This document shows, one piece after another, positions 57,698-64,000 of a DNA stretch of 64,000 nt. The notes under the pieces are model-generated. The model did not search any database, was not told where the DNA came from, and saw only the letters and a list, made by a program, of their open reading frames with translations. The position numbers and the translations under genes were made by a program. This DNA is from Candidatus Saccharimonadota bacterium (GTDB lineage: Bacteria > Patescibacteriota > Saccharimonadia > Saccharimonadales > HK-STAS-PATE-42): NCBI GenBank assembly GCA_036826375.1, contig DAISWL010000001.1, forward strand, positions 104,201 through 168,200. Reading direction: 5' to 3'. Every line of letters starts with the position of its first letter. Positions within the stretch are counted from its first letter, which is position 1.

Positions 57698-58747
57698 TTA
57701 TTCCTCCTTTTCTTTTTTAATTGGATAATCTTTACAGGATGGTATCACCCCATTCCAAGCACCATCAAAACTAACAGTTTCTGCCTGCTTACATGCATCA
57801 TATATACTGGCCTGAACCGCTTCTGCGGCCGCATTACCTATAATATCTACTTCGAAGTGTATTGTATTTTGAGTCTCAGAGAACCATGCGCCTTTTTTAT
57901 TTAAGGGTTTTTTAATTTCATTAGTGCTGAATACAAATACGCTGTCTCCATCTGAGCTCGTGTGTACTGGATGGATAGCTCTTATTTGACCATGAGTTGC
58001 AATGTGTGCGACACGTTCATAATGTTCTTTTGAATCTAGGTCGACATTAATACCTACAACAGATATAGTGGTGTTGGCTTGATCTTGCGTAACAAAATTT
58101 TGTAAACCTGCATACTCTTTGAAAACCGTAAACTCGTCACGATTACCCGCAATTATCTCACCCTTTGGGTCGACAACATTTCCAATTGCATTAACAACGG
58201 ATAGGGCTGTCACGATAATACCGTTACCTAAGTCAATCCTAGCACTTCCTACTCCAGCCTTCATTGCCCCGCTCTTAGTCCCACCTTCAACATATTGGAA
58301 CTTACCCACCGAGGTTCCCGTTCCAGCCCCAACATTACCGCAGACTACCGGGTCGCTACTTAAGTTATCATACGCAATTCTAGCGTATCCAGATTCAAAA
58401 GGCGCTATTCTCATACCCTGGTCAAATACTATTGCGCCAGATACAGAAGGGTTGTATACGTCCCCTATGCGTGATCCCTTCTTGTCTTTACGAAGTAAAT
58501 CTATAAACTCTGCTCCAGTAATAAGACCTGTAGTGCTACCACCAGATATGAATATACCCCATTCCTTATAGTCAGTTTTTCCAGATAGTAATCCCTGGGT
58601 ATTAAAAGAACCTATCGCTCCACCGTCACCCTTGTACGCGACGGTTAGCGGTTCATCAAAAGATATAAGGGTACAACCTGTCATTTTATCTGTAATACTT
58701 GCATGACCAACCTTAACTCCCTTAAGTGCTGTTATAGTGTTATTCAT
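57698..58747 (-). CDS. P1/S58 family peptidase (DmpA/BapA-like aminopeptidase)
   Basis: ITALKGVKVGHASITDKMTGCTLISF and GAGTGTSVGKF patterns. The stop is 2 nt upstream of the ileS start. Confidence 0.8.
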   Translation of the reverse strand: MNNTITALKGVKVGHASITDKMTGCTLISFDEPLTVAYKGDGGAIGSFNTQGLLSGKTDYKEWGIFISGGSTTGLITGAEFIDLLRKDKKGSRIGDVYNPSVSGAIVFDQGMRIAPFESGYARIAYDNLSSDPVVCGNVGAGTGTSVGKFQYVEGGTKSGAMKAGVGSARIDLGNGIIVTALSVVNAIGNVVDPKGEIIAGNRDEFTVFKEYAGLQNFVTQDQANTTISVVGINVDLDSKEHYERVAHIATHGQIRAIHPVHTSSDGDSVFVFSTNEIKKPLNKKGAWFSETQNTIHFEVDIIGNAAAEAVQASIYDACKQAETVSFDGAWNGVIPSCKDYPIKKEKEE

Positions 58748-58748
58748 A

Positions 58749-59105
58749 TTATTTCTCCTCCTTTAACTTAATTGTTATAGCCACCATCTCTCCTCTATTA
58801 CTACATTCTAGAGCCGCCCTAGATTCTTCTTCATTGCATCCAATTAGAACTTTAATTTCGGAATCTTTTTTTACAGGATCAAAAATTACTAAAACTCCAC
58901 TAACCTCTTTTCTATTTTCAGATCCGCACCACACATCAATTCCTCCGCCATCTTGAGATTCTGTCCCTTCGATATAACCATAATCAAGAGGGTAAATATA
59001 TTCTGGATATCGTGGATGAGCTGAGCCTTTGGGCCTATCAATAATAACCCTACTGCTTAATAACGATTTTTCTAATTCTGATTTAAACTTAAGCTTATCT
59101 TCCAT
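58749..59105 (-). CDS. inorganic-pyrophosphatase-like small protein
   Basis: From Met30 of the track ORF: IIDRPKGSAHP...YPLDYGYIEGTESQDGGGIDVW resembles the PPase core (E.PkGs...YP.nYGfip.T...DgDp.Dv). Confidence 0.5.
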   Translation of the reverse strand: MEDKLKFKSELEKSLLSSRVIIDRPKGSAHPRYPEYIYPLDYGYIEGTESQDGGGIDVWCGSENRKEVSGVLVIFDPVKKDSEIKVLIGCNEEESRAALECSNRGEMVAITIKLKEEK

Positions 59106-59115
59106 TATGAATCTC

Positions 59116-59622
59116 TTACTTTCTTTTATAGTTATCTTCAATTTCTGTTTGCCCAGCTTGCTTTTTGTTGCTAGGCTTGCTACTATTAGCATACAAACTG
59201 CCGTTAGGCATCCGAGGCTTCATCTTTGCAGGTGAAGCCGTTTTTAGTATTAAGTTTAAGTTAGTGTTAATTTCAGTCAACTTTCCGGGGCTGATTCTGT
59301 GTAGCTTCCTAAGTAAACGACGAGATGAAAGTATTCTCATTTGTGAAAGAATTAGAGTTCTAGAATCCCCAAACAGCTTTACCGTATGGTAGTATTCGCC
59401 CGATTTAAGCTTGGAGGTGAGGGGTATAGCCCAAAATAATTCCTTATTGAACTTGCGTATTATTAAAATGGGGCGCTCAAAATCTTGATTCTTACCGTCT
59501 TCTTCGTGGCCAACATTAATTCCTATAGAACACCACCAAATATCGCCAGCTCTGAAATCGGGAGCTGTTCGGACATCCAGTTCTTTCTTAATTTCATTCC
59601 AACTGTTAAAATCTTTTTTCAT
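59116..59622 (-). CDS. PemK/MazF-family toxin-like protein with an unusual C-terminal tail
   Basis: FRAGDIWWCSIGINVGHEEDGKNQDFERPILIIRKF ... AIPLTSKLK ... LSQMRILSSRRL follows the MazF/PemK SH3-like barrel pattern. An additional tail of about 45 aa follows. Confidence 0.65.
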   Translation of the reverse strand: MKKDFNSWNEIKKELDVRTAPDFRAGDIWWCSIGINVGHEEDGKNQDFERPILIIRKFNKELFWAIPLTSKLKSGEYYHTVKLFGDSRTLILSQMRILSSRRLLRKLHRISPGKLTEINTNLNLILKTASPAKMKPRMPNGSLYANSSKPSNKKQAGQTEIEDNYKRK

Positions 59623-59624
59623 AC

Positions 59625-59712
59625 AAAAAACCTCTTACTTTCTTTTTGTCAGAACCCTACGGAGCTTTACGCGAAGTTGGGTGGTACCATCTGACTTTTA
59701 GAAAATAAGAGG
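59625..59712 (-). promoter_or_regulatory. long hairpin plus U6 immediately 5' of the MazF-like start, sequestering its SD
   Basis: On the minus-strand RNA, CCUCUUAUUUUCU (59712-59700) pairs with AGAAAGUAAGAGG (59643-59631) over 13 bp including one G.U. An inner helix is GUCAGA/UCUGAC. This is followed by UUUUUU, GU and then AUG at 59622. The only SD-like AAGAGG lies inside the stem. Confidence 0.5.
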
Positions 59713-59908
59713 CTAATATGCTCAAATTTCTAACACTTAATGACTGCTGTTTCGGGCTTACCCGGCGAGTTCTAATTTCCTTAAGCTCCATCTCATTTAT
59801 ATTGAGATCCTGAATCAAGTTCAGAATGGCTTGAAGATTTCTTCTCACTAGCGTTCGTGGTTGATAGCCACTCATCCATTTAATAAATTTAATGGAATGC
59901 TTTCACCT

Positions 59909-59942
59909 GCCTTAAGCTTAGCATATTAGCTAAACTTAAGGC
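59909..59942. repeat. inverted pair of the abundant word forming a 14-bp hairpin downstream of nrdJ
   Basis: GCCTTAAGCTTAGC-ATATTA-GCTAAACTTAAGGC, with one mismatch in the stem. Confidence 0.7.
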
Positions 59943-59978
59943 AATAAATGTGTATTGAAACTAGCGGGATTTCGAAAT

Positions 59979-62687
59979 CTAACTACACCCGCTTGTTGAA
60001 CCGCAAGATGTGCAGATGTAACAGCTTCCAGCACGCTGAGTGATGTTACCGCAGTTGCTACAAAGTGGAGCCGCATCATGATTACCTGCGTAAGCTTTTC
60101 TTGCGGCCTTAACTTCCTCAACAACCTGAGATTTTTCTACCGGCTCGCTCAAAAATGAAGTTTGATTAGGCGAATTTTCAAGATCTTCAATGCTGATTAA
60201 GTTTAACTCGAGGCGGTCATCTATCGGTAGATATTGCTCTGCAAGCTTCTTAACTATGTAATCTATAATCGAGTTAGCGGTAGGTACCGATGGATCATCA
60301 GTGGCTCCGAATGGCGCGAAATTAGAGTTCATTAAAGATTTAACATAGGTTCGTAGAGGTACTCCATAACGTAAACCGTGACTAACACTTATAGCGAAAG
60401 AATCCATTAAGCCTGAGAGTGTTGAACCCTGCTTGGATACATTAATAAATATCTCGCCCGGACGACCATCGTCATATTCACCTACAGTTAAGAAGCCTTT
60501 TACTCCTCCAACTTTAAATTCGTAAGTTTTGCTAGGTCTAACCTTTGGTAAATCATGTTTGGTTGCAACCTGCCCAGAGTTTTTGGTTTCATTAGTTTTT
60601 TCTTCAGATTCACCATCTTTTTTGGTGGTCGAAAGCGGTTGAGCAAACTTACAATTATCTCTATAAACTGCTACAGCCTTGAGCCCCAATTTCCAAGCTT
60701 GCATGTGGATATTTTCGATATCCTCAGCTGTGGCATCCTCTGGTAAGTTAACTGTCTTTGATATAGCACCAGAGAGGAATGGCTGAACAGCGGACATCAT
60801 TTTAATGTGGCCCATATAATCTATAATGTTATCGCCCATTGAACAAGCGAAAACTGGAGTATGCTCATTTTTTAAGTGTGGTGCGCCTATAATTGTTTTT
60901 TCCTCATCAATATATTTGATAATCTCATCAATTTGCTGGTGCGAGTAACCCAAAGTTCTAAGCGCTCTTGATATAGTTTGATTAACTATACTCATAGTAC
61001 CGCCACCTACTAATTTTTTAGTTTTCACTAAGCTTAAATCTGGTTCAATTCCAGTTGTATCACAATCCATCATGAAAGCTATAGTGCCAGTAGGAGCTAG
61101 AACTGTAGCCTGCGCATTTCTTACGCCGCTAAGCTTGGCCTGCTCAACTGTGCTATCCCATGCTGAAGTTCCGGCTTTGTGGATATCCGCTAGAACACCT
61201 TGTGATGGAATAGTTTTAGCAACAGCCTGATGTTGCTTTAGAATCTTGAGAACGTTATCGGCATCTTTGGTATATTCTAAAAATGGACCAACTCTACTTG
61301 CTATATGAGAACTGATTTCATACGCATATCCCGTCATAATAGATGTCAAAGAGGCAGCGATATTACGACCCTCATCGCTATCGTAAGGTAACCCCATTGC
61401 CATTAAAAGAGCGCCCAGATTAGCATAGCCTAAGCCTAATTGGCGGAAGGCTTTAGCGTTTTTGGTAATTCCAACTGTTGGGTATTCGCTATAACCAACT
61501 AGAATTTCTTGGCCGATAAACATGATCTTAACCACGTGCTTATAGGCATCAATATCAAAACTGCCGTCTTCGTTCAAAAACTTAAGCAAATTTATTGAGG
61601 CCAAATTACAAGCTGAATTATCTATGTGCATGTATTCACTGCATGGGTTAGAGGCATTGATTCTATCTTCATTTGGAGTAGTGTGCCAGTTGTTGATTGT
61701 AGTATCGAACTGTAGACCCGGATCGGCGCACTCCCACGCGCTTTCAGCAATTTGCCTCCATAGATTTTTAGCCTTGATGGTTTTAATAGCTCTGCCATCT
61801 TTAACAGCCTTAAGTTGCCAATCTTGATCATTTTCAACGGCGTTCATAAAATCGTCGGTAACTCTGACTGAATTATTGGCATTCTGATATTGAACCGAGA
61901 AGGCATCCTTGCCATTTAAATCCATATCAAAACCAGCAGCGGCTAGAGCTCTAGATTTACGCTCTTCAATCGCCTTGCACCAGATGAACTCCTCGATATC
62001 AGGATGATCGATATCTAGAATTACCATTTTTGCCGCTCGGCGAGTTTTACCGCCAGATTTAATTGTTCCGGCAACAGAATCTGCTCCACGCATGAAACTA
62101 ACTGGGCCAGAGGAATATCCGCCGCTACCACCCAGCCTTTCTTGTGATGAGCGTAATCTTCCTAAATTAGTTCCGGCTCCGGAACCGCCTTTAAATATCA
62201 TGCCCTCATCCTTATACCACTCTAGTATTGATTCCATGGTATCTTCTACTTTCAAGATGAAACAGGCACTAGCTTGTTGAGATCTCTCTGGCACACCGAT
62301 ATTAAACCAAACTGGAGAGTTAAATGCTGCCCTCTGAGAAGTTAAAGTAAACTTAAGTTCATCACGATATATTTCAGCTTCATGATCATCGATAAAATAA
62401 CCATTTTTTTTGCCATGGTCAGTAATTGTATCAGCAACCCTGTTGACCAATTGCTTTAGTGAATGCTCTCTGGTTGGAGTACCGGGAGTACCGCTAAAGT
62501 ACTTTTGGCTAACGATATTAACTGCATTCACCGACCAATTCTGGGGGAATTCAGCTCCTTTTTGTTCGAAAACTGTTTCACCAGTGAAAGGATTACTAAT
62601 TAAAGCATCTCTTTTCTGCCAATCGAACATATCGTAAACGGCTACACCATCTTGAGTGAAGTGCCTTAATATAGAAAATTTACTCAT
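59979..62687 (-). CDS. nrdJ: class II (adenosylcobalamin-dependent) ribonucleotide reductase
   Basis: 902 aa with NPCSEY and TGIEPD active-site regions, an N-terminal ATP-cone-less class II layout, and a C-terminal CSNCGN...CYICTSCG zinc ribbon. Confidence 0.92.
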   Translation of the reverse strand: MSKFSILRHFTQDGVAVYDMFDWQKRDALISNPFTGETVFEQKGAEFPQNWSVNAVNIVSQKYFSGTPGTPTREHSLKQLVNRVADTITDHGKKNGYFIDDHEAEIYRDELKFTLTSQRAAFNSPVWFNIGVPERSQQASACFILKVEDTMESILEWYKDEGMIFKGGSGAGTNLGRLRSSQERLGGSGGYSSGPVSFMRGADSVAGTIKSGGKTRRAAKMVILDIDHPDIEEFIWCKAIEERKSRALAAAGFDMDLNGKDAFSVQYQNANNSVRVTDDFMNAVENDQDWQLKAVKDGRAIKTIKAKNLWRQIAESAWECADPGLQFDTTINNWHTTPNEDRINASNPCSEYMHIDNSACNLASINLLKFLNEDGSFDIDAYKHVVKIMFIGQEILVGYSEYPTVGITKNAKAFRQLGLGYANLGALLMAMGLPYDSDEGRNIAASLTSIMTGYAYEISSHIASRVGPFLEYTKDADNVLKILKQHQAVAKTIPSQGVLADIHKAGTSAWDSTVEQAKLSGVRNAQATVLAPTGTIAFMMDCDTTGIEPDLSLVKTKKLVGGGTMSIVNQTISRALRTLGYSHQQIDEIIKYIDEEKTIIGAPHLKNEHTPVFACSMGDNIIDYMGHIKMMSAVQPFLSGAISKTVNLPEDATAEDIENIHMQAWKLGLKAVAVYRDNCKFAQPLSTTKKDGESEEKTNETKNSGQVATKHDLPKVRPSKTYEFKVGGVKGFLTVGEYDDGRPGEIFINVSKQGSTLSGLMDSFAISVSHGLRYGVPLRTYVKSLMNSNFAPFGATDDPSVPTANSIIDYIVKKLAEQYLPIDDRLELNLISIEDLENSPNQTSFLSEPVEKSQVVEEVKAARKAYAGNHDAAPLCSNCGNITQRAGSCYICTSCGSTSGCS

Positions 62688-62916
62688 TTTACCCTCCTAA
62701 GATCCATTAAGTTTAAATTGATTTTTTATTTGTTTAAAATGTAGGAACTTTCACTTCCACCTGAATTCCCTCATAAAAACTAATTAGTACTTGTTGTGAT
62801 ACTAAAAAGCTGAATTAGCCCTTATGACGAGACTCTCTAAACTTAACGAAAGTTCAGAACTTTAAAAGGCCCATCTTTGAAGAATGACCGTCCAATCTAC
62901 CCCGTTTAACCCTTTT

Positions 62917-63369
62917 TTATTTTTTTGTTCTAACCCTTTTTAGGGCTTTGTCGAAATCTTCCAAACAAGTAAAGTTATTATAAACACTAGCAAAACGAAT
63001 ATAAGCCACTTCATTAACATCTAGTAGTTTATCTAGAATGATGTCGCCAATCCCCTTGGATTTTATTTCATGCTCGTTTAGGGAATAGATCGCATCCTCA
63101 ATTCTACCAACCAAATCTTCAACTTCTAAATTTGACTCGAAGAACTTACCAACCGATTTATCTAAAGCATGTAAAAGTTTTTCTCTACTGAAAAGCTCCC
63201 TGGATCCATCCTTTTTTACCACTGCGATGTTCGGCCTTTCCAGCCTCTCATAGGTGGTAAATCTACCCTTGCAGTCTGGGCATTCTCTTCGACGTCTTAT
63301 TGATGGACCAGCGGCATCTCGCGACTCTAAAACTCTGGTGTCGTTATTTTTGCATTTAGGACATTGCAT
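62917..63369 (-). CDS. nrdR: transcriptional repressor NrdR
   Basis: MQCPKCKNNDTRVLESR ... CPDC zinc ribbon plus an ATP-cone domain. Confidence 0.95.
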   Translation of the reverse strand: MQCPKCKNNDTRVLESRDAAGPSIRRRRECPDCKGRFTTYERLERPNIAVVKKDGSRELFSREKLLHALDKSVGKFFESNLEVEDLVGRIEDAIYSLNEHEIKSKGIGDIILDKLLDVNEVAYIRFASVYNNFTCLEDFDKALKRVRTKK

Positions 63370-63410
63370 TAAACTATTAAACTCCTTTGAAAGATTTTAA
63401 CGATCACAAA

Positions 63411-63457
63411 ACCTATATATAGTGTTTGCTGTATCTATTCTAACGCTATATATAAGC
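63411..63457. promoter_or_regulatory. tandem NrdR boxes
   Basis: ACCTATATATAGTGT (63411-63425) and ACGCTATATATAAGC (63443-63457) have centres 32 bp apart upstream of nrdR. They fit the published NrdR-box consensus acaCwAtATaTwGtgt as I recall it. Confidence 0.7.
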
Positions 63458-63472
63458 ATTTTCAATACAAAT

Positions 63473-64000
63473 TTAGTCGTCTTTTTTACCACGTAATCTT
63501 CGCCAGAAAGCCGGTGTATCATGTTCATCTTGATCATCAAACATAGATTTAACCTGGGAATCATCATCATCTAGGCTTGCCTCTACGCTGTGCTTATGTT
63601 TTCCTGAGTGATCATCATCTATTGAAGTTTCTTCGGTTCTTACATCTTCAATGACGTGAATAGGATTATCGCTTGACGAAACTTGATCATCATCCATGGT
63701 CACAATCTCTGTTTTGGAGCCGGAACGAGATCCGAAATAATTAGGGTCAAAACCCGTTGCTATAACGGTGATAGCCATTTTATCGCCTAAGCTTTCATCT
63801 ATAGTGGCGCCAAAAATAATATTAGCATCGGATGATACCGCAGTTGTAATAACTTCAGCGGCTTCGTTAATTTCATGCATAGATATGTTCATTCCACCAG
63901 CAACGTTGAACAAAACTCCTCTTGCGCCATCGATTGAGACCTCTAGTAAAGGCGATTCAATAGCCTGTTGGGCGGCAAGAACTGCCCTGTTCTCTCCAGA
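63473..64000 (-). CDS. ftsZ: cell division protein FtsZ, C-terminal 175 codons (gene continues past the right edge)
   Basis: The frame is open to the window edge. It reads SGENRAVLAAQQAIESPLLEVSIDGARGVLFNVAGG...ITVIATGF, then an acidic linker and a C-terminal DTPAFWRRL peptide. Confidence 0.93.
   Translation of the reverse strand, partial: SGENRAVLAAQQAIESPLLEVSIDGARGVLFNVAGGMNISMHEINEAAEVITTAVSSDANIIFGATIDESLGDKMAITVIATGFDPNYFGSRSGSKTEIVTMDDDQVSSSDNPIHVIEDVRTEETSIDDDHSGKHKHSVEASLDDDDSQVKSMFDDQDEHDTPAFWRRLRGKKDD

Noticed and set aside
62688-62916. Possible cobalamin riboswitch in the nrdR-nrdJ spacer (minus strand reads AGGGAATTCAGGTGGAAGTGAAAGTTCC, reminiscent of GGGAA...GGTG..AA..TCC).
   Set aside because: There is no B12 box and none of the remaining conserved helices. 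A B12 riboswitch would also not be expected to control a B12-dependent reductase. An Infernal scan could settle it.

Overview
This is an AT-rich, tightly packed bacterial chromosome segment that uses the standard genetic code (TAA, TAG and TGA all terminate convincing genes). The gene content suggests a reduced genome, probably Patescibacteria/CPR and possibly Saccharibacteria-like. That placement is inference from a 198-aa EF-Ts, an rpsB-tsf-frr-uppS row lacking pyrH and cdsA, class II RNR plus NrdR, a type-2 IleRS, an LCP protein and many small membrane proteins. Housekeeping genes present are secA, serS, trpS, ileS, tgt, rarA, rpsB-tsf-frr-uppS, rpmE, prfA-prmC, lepB, parAB, rplU, nrdR-nrdJ, ftsZ (partial), tRNA-Ala(GGC) and tRNA-Glu(CUC). 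Main hunting results follow. (1) The host DNA is saturated with one palindromic word, TAAGYTTA / TTAAGYTTAA, at roughly one copy per 300-350 bp by my by-eye count, which makes it a candidate uptake or recognition signal. (2) A 12.4-kb island (about 25.08-37.46 kb) almost entirely lacks that word and ends in a nonsense-mutated IS30 element plus a 167-bp TIR hairpin element. It carries a translationally coupled operon (class-III aminotransferase, ANL adenylating ligase, AsnB-type amidotransferase, ArgRS) next to two SDRs, an AMP-nucleosidase-like protein and a TrpF-like isomerase. I read this as a candidate undescribed small-molecule or aminoacyl-tRNA-linked pathway. (3) A GC-rich repeat family has one copy inserted in frame inside tgt. 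(4) A Trp/Tyr-rich leader-peptide attenuator sits in front of a racemase-tyrA-trpS operon. (5) Smaller items include a tRNA-Glu 3' end duplication, an SD-sequestering hairpin before an orphan MazF-like toxin, operator palindromes, homopolymer frameshifts and leaderless-type promoters. All counts and identities were made by eye and need computation to confirm.
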